Positions 1 to 12,207 of a stretch of 64,000 nucleotides of DNA are shown piece after piece (within the stretch, counting starts at the first letter, position 1; each line of letters begins with the position of its first letter). Position numbers and translations under genes: made by a program. Source of the stretch: Balamuthia mandrillaris (taxonomy: Eukaryota); contig JAVKOQ020000057.1 in NCBI GenBank assembly GCA_031835245.2, positions 1-64,000 on the forward strand, in the 5' to 3' direction. The notes below the pieces were generated by a model. That model was not told the DNA's origin. It ran no database searches and was given only the letters and a program-made list of their open reading frames with translations.

Positions 1-290
1 CATCCTTTGCCTCTTGTATAAACTTGCTTTCCTTTTGTACCCAAAACTCGAGGTCGGCCATAGCGTTCTCCACGATAGAGAGCTGAGAGTGAACGTCCTC
101 AAGCACATCTTGCACGCTCCGTGAAGAGTCTTTTTTTTTTTTTTTGATGGATACACACGTTAGACCCCAGATCTCTCCATCATTTCAGACAGAACGTACC
201 CGTCCGTAGCATGAGCAGCTCTCTCAGCTCGCGGATACGCTCCGTAAAGGCCAAGGTCAGTTCGACGTAGGAATCACTCTTGCTTCCCAT
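1..290 (-). CDS. SKA1: Spindle and kinetochore-associated protein 1-like, 5' part (gene runs off the window start)
   Basis: Manual translation, not in the ORF track. ATG at 290; exon 1 200-290 MGSKSDSYVELTLAFTERIRELRELLMLRT; GT-AG intron 130-199; exon 2 DSSRSVQDVLEDVHSQLSIVENAMADLEFWVQKESKFIQEAK. Resembles the Ska1 N-terminal coiled coil (F..RI.EL.EL...R). Confidence 0.6.
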
Positions 291-343
291 GCTTTTTGCC
301 TCCGGTTTTTGGTGCTTTCTTCCATGGTTTTTGTTTGGGGTGG

Positions 344-358
344 ATTTTGGCGGGAAAA
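344..358. promoter_or_regulatory. E2F-type element ATTTTGGCGGGAAAA (contains TTTCCCGC on the minus strand)
   Basis: About 55 bp upstream of the SKA1-like ATG. The identical 15-mer lies upstream of CKS1. Confidence 0.55.
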
Positions 359-457
359 CAGGTGTGTCGACGATAATTGAGAGGACACCTCATGTCGTCG
401 TGATATATGTTGACGTGTGTGAGCCACGCCTGTTGGAGCAAGAAGTAAAGGCGACGA

Positions 458-1215
458 ATGAAGATGAAACGTTGCCGATGGTGCTTCCTGTTGATGCTGG
501 TGCTTGTGTTGCTGGTCTGTACGGAGACCAAAAGTGCGTAGAGCGGGCGGCTTCTCGGGGTTTTATGAAGGTGCTGATAAGATATTAACCCGCGCAGAGC
601 CAGCAACGAAAGTAAAAAAGAAGAGGGAGCCGATGGAACAGCTCAAAATCGCACCTGTGAACAAAACTTTTATTTTTCTTTTCTCTGTAGGCCTCCACAG
701 TTGCAGCTCCCTCTCCCTCTTTGATAAACTCATTTACTCTCAAACTACAAAAACAACAAACAGGCAGAAGAAAGGGCGTTTCTTGAGCGGATGGCAAAAA
801 CGAACCAACACCGACAGATGGAAAACTACATAACCGGCGTGCTGAAAACAAGAGATACCATCGGTAGGCTTGTAGATATAGTCGTTTAGGGGGCTGTGTT
901 TTAAAACTTCAACTCTGTTTGTGCAGAGGCTATCCAAAGGGGCAAGCTGGGGATAGCGGGTCCCAATCGGGACTGCGCATGCGAGTGTCAAGTCAACGGC
1001 CCTTCCGACCTTCATCCACTGTCAACAGTGGGGTATGGAAAATATTGTGGAGCAGGTGCAACTTCTATCTTGTTCTTTGGTCCTTCTCTTTGCTCGGCCT
1101 GGTTTCGATTTTCCTTAATATCTTGTTTTGCTTCCTTGTCGCAACAAGGTTATACCTGTGGATCAGACGAACCCGGTTGTGACCCTGTGGACAACTGCTG
1201 CAGTTCGTATCTGCC

Positions 1216-1270
<55 letters not shown>

Positions 1271-1532
1271 GTTCTCTTTCCCGAAAGGGATCCATGATCT
1301 CTGCATCGCAGCCAGCGACTACTGCATCTACGGCTGCAAGTGCAACGTGGAGATGCTGCGCTGCCTCTCCCAGATACGCGGCGCCGGCTTCCCGCCCTGC
1401 CACAAGCAGATGTTTGCGCGCAAGGTCATCCGAGCGGACGCCTGCTATGCCTCCAAGTATGGGCACCGCAGCTGTGCAGGGTGTGGCGACCAATTTGAAG
1501 AGGAACTGTCCAGTTATTGTGCCGAATTTTGA
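458..1532 (+). CDS. Secreted phospholipase A2, plant/group XI-like, multi-exon
   Basis: Signal peptide MKMKRCRWCFLLMLVLVLLVC. Spliced core DCACECQ...YGKYCGAGY (Ca-binding loop) ...GCDPVDNCCRIHDLC (catalytic His-Asp), then a Cys-rich tail. Stop TGA at 1530-1532. Confidence 0.8.
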
Positions 1533-1534
1533 TT

Positions 1535-2429
1535 TTATAACTCCTCCGAACCAAAGCCTAACGAACTGGCGAAAGCTAGCGCCACGCGAGCGGCCACTTC
1601 TCGACGTTCTTTGTCAGGAAGGTCCTTGGTCTTGTCTCGAAGGGATCGAAGCTCCAGCAAAGCTCGCTCAAAGGCTCGTTCATCTCCGCCATGCGTTCCT
1701 TCTGCTTCTTCTTCTGCTTCCTCGTCTCCTCCTTCTCTTTTTTCATCTCTGGCGGTTTCGTCTTCGTTTAGACTCATACGAATCAGTTCCTCCGTCGAAA
1801 GTGGTTGATAACCGCTCGTTCGATTCTCCTCGGATGATGATGATGATGATGGCAATGTAGAGGAAGCAGATGATGACGAAGGAAGAATAAGGTTGTTCCA
1901 GCTGTTGAGCAACGACTGAACGGAAGTGTCAATGTCAGAGCGGAAAGCAGAGTCCTCTTCTTCTTCCCCCTCCTTTAACGTTGCCGAGTCGTTGAATGAA
2001 CGAGGGCCGGAACGAGGTTTCATGGTCATGGAGGACCAGAGGTTGGCCTCTAAGGCCTCGATTACCCGATCGATGCCCACTTTCTCTGCAAAGGGTTCGT
2101 CCTCTTTTGAGGTTGCGTAGTCTGTTTTTTTGAGTTTGTATTGAAAAGAAAGGAAGTGAGATGAGTAAACTGAGAAGGAAGAAAACGAAGAAAAGGCGAT
2201 AGGCGAACAGAAGGTAGGAGAATAGTAAACATGAAAGAGAACGAACCAGATCCTGGCACAACGTATTCAACATACTCAAACCCATTCTCTATGCACCACC
2301 CGTTAAAGTCGTCCTTATCTGCCTCGCTCTTGTTTTCAAGCCAGTGATACACTCCCAAACAAAGCCCAGGGTCGTTCGTCTCTCTGTATTGAGCGATCCC
2401 ACTTCTCAGAGTTTCGGTCTGTTTATTTG

Positions 2430-2462
<33 letters not shown>

Positions 2463-2924
2463 CGAGAAAAGTAAGAGGGAAAGCAGAACAACAACAAGAA
2501 GGCGAGAAGTGGACGACAGAAGAGAGAACACGCAAGAGAGGGAGAACGAGAATGAGAGAGAGAGAGAGAGAGAAGAGAGAGAACAAAGAAACAGTACGAT
2601 AAGCTCATCGAAAAGCAGAATTAGGCCATCGAATTGTGTGGTGTTGGACTGCTCTTCGATGATGGTTTCCAGCTTTCTGTAACACAAGTTAACGGTGGTG
2701 GTATAGTACTTTGTGTCAAGCTCATACACATGATCGCTCTCCCCCTCCAAGTTCAGCTCTCCTCCTCCCAAAATAGCTTCAAAAAAAAATTGTAGGGTGA
2801 GTTGGTCTTTTTTTTGGACAAACGAAATCCACATGCATCCTCAAGGCATACCTTGGAGCAGCAACGCGGCTTTTGCTGGGTTCCCCACGATCAAAACGTT
2901 GTTCTCCTCTTTCTTCCTTTCCAT
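1535..2924 (-). CDS. AAGAB: Alpha/gamma-adaptin-binding protein p34
   Basis: Exons encode LDTKYYT, WCIENGFEYVE, GIDRVIEALEANLW and C-terminal LPDKERREVAARVALAF, all typical of p34. Confidence 0.85.
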
Positions 2925-4184
2925 CTCTTGTTTTTCCTCTCTCTTTCCTTTTTTTTTTGTTGCCGACGTGGCATAATTTTTCATGACGACATGATATATA
3001 ATTACAAGGAAATTTGGGACGAAAAGTGGCGGCCCAATAATCAATCAGAGACAGACAGCCAATCAGACAGACGCGCGTCGCTTCGCTTTATTTCTCTATA
3101 TTGTTTTTATTCTCGGTGATGCCTTCATCATGCCTTTGGAGAGGTAACAAACAGCAAAGCAAGTGCTTTTTGTGTGGTGTTCGTCAAAGTCTAAAAAAGA
3201 AAGAGCAAAGAAGAAATGAAGTGTAAACATAAATCCAACTCCAAGCAACCAATGCTACCTGTTTCTTGGAACCTTATATTCTTATGGATACTCGACCAAG
3301 AGTCTTTACTCTGGAATTACCAGCTTTAGAACCAGGAAAAGCCTTTTTCCTCATATTCGGGACTTCTGTTAGCAGTTTATTCCAACTTTCTTTATCCGTA
3401 CAATGTAGTTACCAGAATCTAGGAGGAGAATGATTTCAAGAGCTTGTTCCATAACTTGACTTTTTCTCGCTGATACTCGTATACCAATTCCACCATGCGT
3501 TTGAGAGCTACAAGGCTAGCAAAAACCTTTTGAGGGACTACACTGAGGGGTGCTGCCTCGTTATTTATGGTATTTGTGGCTGTCTTCTTGTGCATGGTAT
3601 CGGTATTCCACCAGACGTATGGATGGCAGTTCAAATGTGCTTCAGACGTCTTTTTCTCTATCTCTGCAAGGCTGCACTGCTTTCATCTGGAGAGATGGGA
3701 AATGCAAAACCTGTTAGCTGCCCTGCGCCATGAGAAAATGGCCTTGGAAGCTAAGCTGATCACGCTGAGGAACCAGAAGAGAAGCAGACAATGCAGAAAA
3801 CCGCATCATGCGTGCTGCCGCTTGAGTTTTGGAATTACACCACAGAGCAATGGAAGGTGGCCTCTGGCTTTCTTGCTCACAACTATTTCCGCTCCCAGTG
3901 ACTCATCCTTACCTCCAACCGCTTGCTCCATTGTGAGGAAATGCAAGCCCTCAGGGCTCCCATTCATGCCAGCTTTAGCAGATACCACCACTTTGCGGAG
4001 TAGCAGGAGGCGGACATCAACCAAAAGAGAATTGCCCAGCACTGGTATAACGGCGAGCACTTCCCTCCCTGCTGCACATGCATAACGAAGATATAGTTTC
4101 AGTTGAAGGAGCCAACAATAAAAGAAGGAGAGTTTTGAAACCAACGGCGCTGTTTAGGCTTCGAAACGAGCTTTTGACTTTATT

Positions 4185-4760
4185 TCAGGCAGAGAAGGCG
4201 CCATTGCAATGAGGAACGTTATGGTGTTGGTTCATCAGCGGCTGATAAAATACCCATGCCCCACTTGCCATCACAACAGCAGCCATCCCTATCAAACTGC
4301 CCGCCAAAGGCAACCAAGAAAAGCCCTCTGCTCCTTGGTGTGTCCGGTTCGTGTTCTTGTTGGATGAGAGAAACGAGAGAAGCACCAATTGGTGCAGTGC
4401 CAACATTCCCAACCCGCTTATCTCCCTGCCTTCCTCAAACTCCAGCACTGACCACAACAAGGTCGTTTCTTTGGACATCACCATGCGAGGGTCCTGCACC
4501 AGGAAGTAGGCCAAGTGAACGGTATAGCCGAGGCACAGCACCAAAAAGCTTTGGCACAAGAGCTTGACCAGGTCCCCAAGCTGTCTTTCTTTTGCATTCG
4601 GCGAGATAATCACCAGCGCCACCAGCAAGTTTAGCACGCAGCCACCAAACACGTACAAGGAGACCCAAAGCGCAGGGTCGGGGTCGTTCCCTTGCGCATA
4701 ACCGCACAGGGCAAAGAACGCGGCTGCTCCGCCCAAATAGAAGAAGCACAACGGCTTCAT
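4185..4760 (-). CDS. TMEM220: TMEM220-family membrane protein, intronless
   Basis: YAQGNDPDPALWVSLY and EEGREISGL motifs with several hydrophobic helices. ATG at 4760. Confidence 0.75.
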   Translation of the reverse strand: MKPLCFFYLGGAAAFFALCGYAQGNDPDPALWVSLYVFGGCVLNLLVALVIISPNAKERQLGDLVKLLCQSFLVLCLGYTVHLAYFLVQDPRMVMSKETTLLWSVLEFEEGREISGLGMLALHQLVLLSFLSSNKNTNRTHQGAEGFSWLPLAGSLIGMAAVVMASGAWVFYQPLMNQHHNVPHCNGAFSA

Positions 4761-4837
4761 TCTTCCTTCCTCTGTTGTTCTGTAATGGTCGACAAAAAGT
4801 TCACAAAATCGGTCGACATTTTCATGTCGACATGGTG

Positions 4838-5674
4838 TTATTCTCCGTGCTTGCCTGCGGCCAGTTGTGCCTCTGCGGCTTCGAGCCACGGGTACACATC
4901 CGAATGGTTGACGTAGTCTCGGGTGTGCAGGTCGGGGAAGAACATCGAGGCCATCCAAGTGGAAGAGCCGGTTGCCAATAGGAAGGATATCCAGGCATGG
5001 AGTGTCTCTGGCAGACCGGCGTCCCTCAGCAAAGTCTTCGCAAAGGCTCTGCCTCGCTCTACCCTTTCGCTGGTAGTTCTGGCCATGCCTGCTGGCTGTA
5101 GAACATACACGGGAGGAGGATAACGTTTTTGATACACGATATCAACAAAAAGCAAATAAAAAATATAAGACCAAAAAAAAAGAGAAAAGCAACAAAGCAT
5201 TACCACAATGCAGACATCCCTGGCTCTAGGATCCTTAGGGCGCAAAAACATGGACATGGTGCCATGAGATGAGGCATTGTACACCAACTGCCCCTCCTTG
5301 CCATACTCCAGCGATATGTTGTCGCACCGCCCCAAAGAGCCGTCATAACGGACCTTCGTGTTGGGGCTCGGCAGATAACCTGTCCAACAGTAGCCCCGCG
5401 CACGGTGGCACGGCCGGTCATGGGACTCCAGCAGGACAAGCTCTCCTGCCCCTTTGCGATGGGCTGGAACCAGTTTGGTCACCACAACCTTGCCCTCATT
5501 GTCCATGGAGGAGTGGGTGATGGAGTGGAGGTTGGCCCAAACGGCCCGGCGCACGGCCGGGTCTTGCTCCAGCTGGCGCCATGCCCTGCACACCCGCGTG
5601 GCGGTGTAAAAGTCCTTGGGGGCAAGGTTGACGAGCACCAGGCCCCAGAGGTTCTCGTCCAACATTTCGGCCAT
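4838..5674 (-). CDS. F-box protein with an unrecognised C-terminal region
   Basis: N-terminal LDENLWGLVLVNLAPKDFYTATRVCRAWRQL is F-box-like. One probable in-frame T-rich intron at about 5096-5203. Confidence 0.55.
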   Translation of the reverse strand: MAEMLDENLWGLVLVNLAPKDFYTATRVCRAWRQLEQDPAVRRAVWANLHSITHSSMDNEGKVVVTKLVPAHRKGAGELVLLESHDRPCHRARGYCWTGYLPSPNTKVRYDGSLGRCDNISLEYGKEGQLVYNASSHGTMSMFLRPKDPRARDVCIVVMLCCFSLFFWSYIFYLLFVDIVYQKRYPPPVYVLQPAGMARTTSERVERGRAFAKTLLRDAGLPETLHAWISFLLATGSSTWMASMFFPDLHTRDYVNHSDVYPWLEAAEAQLAAGKHGE

Positions 5675-5963
5675 CAAAAGCTTTACCAAAGAAACAGAAA
5701 TGATCTAATAGGTTGGTTTCAATGCTACTCCTCTGACATCATCACACAGGAATGACTGGAATTTGGATGAGGTCATCCTGTGTTACGTCAGCATGTTGGA
5801 ATGCGAAAAATGTGGGATTTTATTGACAAAAAGAAAAAAAGACAAAAAAGAAAGGCCATTCATTTTTATTTCGTTTGGTGATTGATTGATTGATTGGTTC
5901 CTCCTTCTTGCTCCGTTGCAACACAACCCCCCCTTTTTTTTTTTCAAAAAAAATAAATAGAAA

Positions 5964-7704
5964 ATGTCGCTTATGAACGGTTTGCGAGGCGGAAGCCAAC
6001 ATCTTCTTCGCGGTGGTGGTGGTGCTAGCGCCGCTTTCGCGCGAAGCAGCGCCCGCTCCTCGGCCTCCTTCTCCCTCCTCCACCCTCGTCGCGGCTTTGC
6101 TCAAACCACTCAAATCTCCGTACTGCATTTCTTTCTTTCTCTCTCTCTCTCTCTCTCTTTTCTTTTTCTCACTCTCTCTCTCTTTTTTTCAATCACACAA
6201 AAAAAACAATCAATAGGAAGAAAAGGACAGCAAAACCAAACGCACGGTGACCCTGATCCCCGGCGACGGCATCGGCCCAGAGATCTCAGCCGCCGTGAAG
6301 CAGATCTTTGCCACCGCCCAGGTCCCCATCGAGTGGGAGGAGGTCAAGGTGGTGGCCCAGTCCCCGCAGGACCCCTTGGGTCCGGAGGTCAAGCGCTCCG
6401 TCAACAAGAACAAGCTGGCGCTGAAGGGTCCCCTGGCCACCCCCATCGGCAAGGGCCACGTCTCCTTGAACCTGGCCCTCCGCAAGGAGTTCAGCCTCTT
6501 TGCCAACGTGAGGCCGGTGAAGAGCATCCCCGGCATTCAGACGGGCTACAGCAACGTGGACCTGACGGTCATCCGAGAGAACACCGAGGGAGAGTACTCA
6601 GGCATTGAGCACGAGGTTCGTTTCTTTTTTTGCTTTCTTTTTTTCTTGTCGTTTCTTTTGTTGCTTGTCTTTGTTTCTTTTTTCTCTCCTTTGTCTTCGT
6701 CTCTTTCTTTGCTTCGTTTGTCGTTTTTGTGTATCGTTTATTATGTTCATGGTTTGCTTTCACTTCTTTTTTCTTTCCGTTTCCTCGTTCTTTGCTTTCT
6801 TTCTTTCTATCTTTTTTTTGAAAAAAACTTTTTTATGTTGCTCGCTTTCTTATGCTTCGACTTTTCTTTTTTCAACAACTGCTCAACCCATGCGCAGTTG
6901 GTACCAGGAGTAGTGCAGAGCATTAAGTTGATCACTCGTCAGGCCTCTAAGAGAGTTGCCAGATATGCCTTTGAGTATGCCGAGATCAACAAAAAGTCGA
7001 AAGTGTCAGCAGTTCACAAGGCCTCCGTCATGTACTTTTTTTCCTTCCTTTTTTTTTTCTTTCTTCTCTTTCTTCCCCTTTCTCACATGTCCTTTTCTCA
7101 TTCTCTTTTTCTTATAATAGGCGATTGTCAGACGGTCTCTTCAAGAACACCTGCAAGCAAGTTTCCTGCAGCTTCCCCCTCGTCAAGTACGAGGCCGTCT
7201 CCTTGGACAAAGTCATGCTGCAGCTGACCGCTGACCCCTCCGCCTTTGAGGTGCTCGTCCTGCCCAACCTCTATGGCGACATCGTGAGCGACCTCTGCGC
7301 AGGACTCGTGGGCGGCCTGGGCCTCACCCCCAGCGGCAACATCGGCACCGATACAGCCATCTTTGAGAGCGTGCACGGCACCGCGCCGGACATTGCCGGC
7401 AAGGACTTGGCCAACCCAACGGCCCTGCTGTTGAGCGCGGTCATGATGCTGAGGCACATGCGACTGCCAAGCCATGCTAATCTGATTGAGAAGGCTTGCT
7501 TGGGAGTTATTCGTGAGGGAAAGGTAACGTTGTTTTGTTCGTGTTGTTGAGTTTTGTTTTTATATTCTACTTTCTCTGATACATTCTTTTTTTTTTCAAT
7601 ACACAAAGACCGTAACGGGAGACTTGGGAGGAACAGCCACGTGCTCTCAGTACACGCAAGCCGTTTGCGACAGGATCAAGCATCTCACTGTCGAAACACT
7701 CTAA
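5964..7704 (+). CDS. IDH3A: NAD-dependent isocitrate dehydrogenase, catalytic (alpha) subunit, mitochondrial
   Basis: Presequence, then [43 protein letters not shown] (metal-binding Asp residues present) and HGTAPDIAG. Final exon ends at TAA 7702-7704. Confidence 0.93.
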
Positions 7705-8010
7705 AAAGTTTTTTTTTTCCTCTTTTTTGCCAATTCATCGCTTTTTTCAATCAGACGTTGTTGGGGATGGTCTCTCAACCGTTGCAGTTCCTTCGTTGGT
7801 TTTTTCTCTCTTAACTTTCCAACAGACGTCTGAAAATACCAACACAATGGAAACCAGGCGACCGCACTTTTCGCTCCGTCGTTGCCCTTCAACCTCTTCC
7901 TTCACCGCGGGGAACTACATATAAAACCTACTCCTTTTGTTGCAAAGAAGCACTCAAAGCTTGAGCAAACACCTCGAAGGAAGATAGAAGACGAAGCAGA
8001 TTATCTGTTA

Positions 8011-9061
8011 TTAGAAGAAGCTCATAAAACTGTCCACCAAGGACTCGGACTTGGTGCGGCGATGAGTGCTGTTGCGTCTGGTTCTTCGAGGCACAATGCC
8101 GGATGACGAGGGAGATGGTATGAACGGCATGGAGGGATAGGAAGCAGACGAAGGCGAGGGACAATTGTTGTTGTTGTTGTTTGTGCCTTGTTGAAGGTTG
8201 GTTGTTGTTGCTGGGTCGGAAGAAGTATAGTAGTCTGATGGTTGTTGAGACATTTCGGAAGGAGAAGGAGAAGCGAACGGAATGTCTTTGGCTTTGAGTA
8301 TCTGACGAAGTTGAGCGTTCTCCACTGCGAGTTGCTTGTAGGCTTTTTTTTTGTTTGCTTTAGTTTGTCTGAAAACATAAAGAAAAGAACACAACAAAAA
8401 AGGTGTTTTACCGGCAAGCAACAATGGAATGTCTTTGAGGCGGAGGTCATCCACGCAGGAATACATAAAGTCCAGACCAGAAGAAGAAGAAGGACATAAG
8501 GAAGACTTACGATCTTCATTCCTTTGACGACGACTTCCAGCATCGCGTATCTGCCACAGGAAAAAAATGAAATAAAGAAAGCGACTTCAACAAGGTGCCA
8601 ACGAGGAAGAAAAGAGGAAACGAAAATAGGAAAAGAAAACGAAAAAAGAGAGAGCGAAAAGAGAAAAAGAGACAAGAAATGGAAGGGCAACCATTCTAAT
8701 GTCTTCCTCGATGATGGAATAAGCGGTTAGGTCCTCTCCATCCGTTTCTTCGTCGGTGGTCAAGCTAAGCATGTCATCACTTTCAGAAGAGGCAGTTACG
8801 TTTTGGTTTTGTACATTTTTGTTGCTGTTATTGATTTGTGCTGTTGATGGTTCGCTTTCTCCTTCTCTTGAGGGCGTTAAGACTGTTGAACTTCGATCCA
8901 TTTGGTTTGGTTGCTCTTCTTCCAAAAAGTTCTGAATGTTGTTATTATAATTTGGTTTTGTTTCTTGAGCTTTCGCAACTGCTGCCGCTCGCTCATCTTC
9001 CTCGATTGCTTTTTGCATGTTTCTGTAGGTTTTTATCAGAATGGTGAGAATTCAAGAAGAG

Positions 9062-9105
<44 letters not shown>

Positions 9106-11748
9106 ACCGTTCAAAGTCATCAGCGTTTATAGATAGTTGCCCTGGACCCATTGTGCTAAGAAAGGAGGTGGCTGAGAAGAGGTTTGTCTTTGTTTTTATC
9201 GTTATCGCTTCGGTAACAGAAAAAACAAGAGTAAGATACGAACAAGAAAGTAACTCGGTTCTCCGCTCAGTTTATCTGCGTTACGAAAGTGCTGAATATA
9301 TCTACAATAACAGAAATGGGCGATGATTAAAATATAGAAAAAAAAGAACAGAAAGATACGAAAACGCAACTGAAGATTGGAGTGTAGGCTATAAGGATTG
9401 GCTTGAAGCACGACATAAATCATTAATGGCAAAAACTGCACAACAAAAAAAAAAACGTTATTTCAACGAAGGAAAAAATGGAAGATAGCAAAAGTGATAA
9501 AGAAGGTACATCATCAGCGCCAGCAGGAGCTTTATCAGGTGACGCGTTTTTGAGAACGTTGAATATTACTTTGCAACAGTTTAAGACACAAACGAGCTTA
9601 TCTCGCGGTGACTTGAAGTCGTTCACTTTTTGTAGTTCTAAACAAGATATACAAATAAAATACAAAGGTGAGAAATCATACATATGGAAGAGAAGAAGAA
9701 GAAGAAGAAGAAGAAGAAGAAGAAGAAGAAGAAGAAGAACAAGAACAAGAACAAGAACAAGAACAAGAACAAGAACAAGAAGAACGAGAAGGAGAAGGAG
9801 AAGAAGAAGAAGAAGAAGCAATTTACCAGAAATAGCGAGCGTAATAGAAGGATGATTGACGAAAGCTGGTGCGATGTCGAGGTGTTCATGCGTGACAAAC
9901 GTGCGGAGTCTTCGTATGTGTTTATGGATGCGTGCATCCTTTTCTTTGTCTCCTTCATTTCCATCGAATATACTTGTTTTGAGAGAAATATTAGGCCAAG
10001 ACAAAAGAGCATAAGCGAAGAAGAAAAAAATACCATGAAAAAAGTTTTGTGGTGATGTACTTCTCCAATCCTTCCACAACACCCTCCATCTCCTCTGCAG
10101 TGGCATCCCTCCACAACGGATGAGCTGCGATGATGTTCCTCGTCTCTGCCAAAAATCGAGCGATGGCTTGTCCTTGTCTTGAAGGAGGAGGATAAGCAGA
10201 AGATGATGAGGAACTCTGGCGAGCGATAAAAGACCGAAAAGCGGTAGTGAATTGCTTTAAGCGTTTTAGAATGTCGGCTGCTGCTGGGTGTTTTAACTTG
10301 GTGAAGAAGAGTTGAATGCTTTTCTTGAGGGATGCTGGAGAGACAACAGGGATACTATCTGCTATAGCTGCAGTGGTTGAAGAGGTTTCTTCGGAAGAGG
10401 ATTTGGAGGAAGGAGGACGAGAAAGAGAGGGAGAGTCCGGGAACAAAGGAGAGCGACCGAGAGCGGGAGAGGAAGGCGTCTTGAGAAAGTTGAAGATGGA
10501 ACGAGATTCCCTTGTTGACATGCTTTGAATTGGATACAGTGAGAAAAGCCGAGAAAAGAGGAGAAAGCAGGAAGCAGAAGGAGACGTACGCGTCGACAGG
10601 TTTGCTGGTATCAACGACCGCAACAGAAGCAGGAGAAGAGGACAAAGAAGGCGAGGAAGAAGAGGAAACGGGCTTGGAAGCGTTTTGAGTGCTGCGCGGG
10701 AAAGGAAGAGGAGCAGTCGTCGGCGTTATGTTGCTGATCGGCTCGGAGATGAGAATGACGGAGACCAAGATCTGCGCCACCTGCAGCTTTCCCTCCCTGA
10801 GAATGACGATAGGGCGGGCGCTGTTCACGTCGAACCGTTTGAAGTCATCCCTGATAGTTTTCAAAAGATGAGAACAGGTGTTTTTTGATTCAAAAAAAAA
10901 TCCCAAAACAGGGAAGAAAAAATGGAAACAAGAGAAAAAAAGACAGCAAAAACACAAAACAAAACAACAAAAACAAAAAAATAGAGAAACAACATGTTTA
11001 AACTATGAAAAAATACAAATAAATATGCAAAGAAGAATGCAAAAAATAAAAAATAAAATGTTTAAAATTTCAAAAAATGCAAATAAATAATAAATAATAA
11101 AATAAAAAATAAAAAAATAAAAAATGTTAAAAACATAAAAAAATACAAATAAAAATAAAAATAAAAATAAAAAATAGAAAATGTTTTATACAAAATAAAA
11201 TGCAAATAAAAAATAAAAAATATTAAATGTTAAAAATATTAAATGCAAGTAAAAAATAAAAAAATAAAAAAATAAAAAAATAAAAAAATAAAAAATGAAA
11301 TAAACAAGAGAGTTAGGGGTGGGGGGCCACTCAATGCAAGCTCTCACCTGAAAGAAGGGGAGGCGAAGAGGGTGGACACGTCGACCAGCGGGTTGAAGCT
11401 CTCCGGCACGGAGGAGACCACGTAGAGCAAGGCGCGGTCCCTGAGGAAGAGCCCCCGCGTGCCGCTCATCGAGATGAACTGCGAGTCGTCGCTGGGGTTG
11501 AGGAAGATGGTGTGAGCGTCCAGCAGGGCGGTCAGCTCGTGGTGGGCGCTCGTTCCTCCTCCTCCTCCTCCTCCTCCTCCTCCCGGTTGTGGCGGTTGTG
11601 GCTGGTGCAACGAAAGCGAGACGGACTGAGGGACGAGGAAGAAGGCGCCCTCCTTGGCCAGGGTCTCGATGAGCGGGGCGGAGTGCTTGCTTTTGAGGGC
11701 CTTGAGCAGCTGGTTGTGTTTCACTTCGTAGTCCCAAAAACTTTGCAT
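8011..11748 (-). CDS. VPS9-domain Rab5-family GEF (Rabex-5-like helical bundle plus VPS9) with an extra N-terminal domain
   Basis: HPLWRDATAEEMEGVVEGLEKYIT, ELQKVNDFKSPRDKLVCVLNCCKVI, GADD-FLPLMIYVVLQANP..L.SNLQYI..FR. Many introns. Confidence 0.85.
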
Positions 11749-12207
11749 TTTAAAAGAGAGAGAGAGAGAACGACAGAACAGAGAGAAAGGGACGATGGTG
11801 AGGAAGGAAGGGGGAAGAGGAAGAGAGAGAGGAACAGAGAGAGAGGAGGGATCTCTTCTTGGCTTTCTTTTTTCTTTTAAAGAAGGAATAGAATCGAGAA
11901 CAATGGGTGCTCAATAAGTTGTCACTTTGTGCTCCAAATATACCCAGGAGCAGATGTACTGGTCCCCTCCTGCACTAAAGTTTCACAAGCTGACCTGTAC
12001 TTCTGCTACGTTAGTGACGTGTTCTCTTCCCCACGTCAACTTGACATTCATTCGAGCTCCTTTTGTGACCATAGGATGACGTGTTGATGTCGACAGGAAA
12101 CTTCGTAATTTTATGTCGACAAAGCAACGAAAAAAAAAATAGAAAAAGAGAAAAAGAGAAATTTTTTTTTTGATTGCAATTGAAAGAAAGAAACAAAAAA
12201 AATAATT

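Noticed and set aside
691..699. Possible 9-nt micro-exon in the PLA2 gene
   Set aside because: It would need a 34-nt upstream intron. A single intron at 657-763 preserves the frame.
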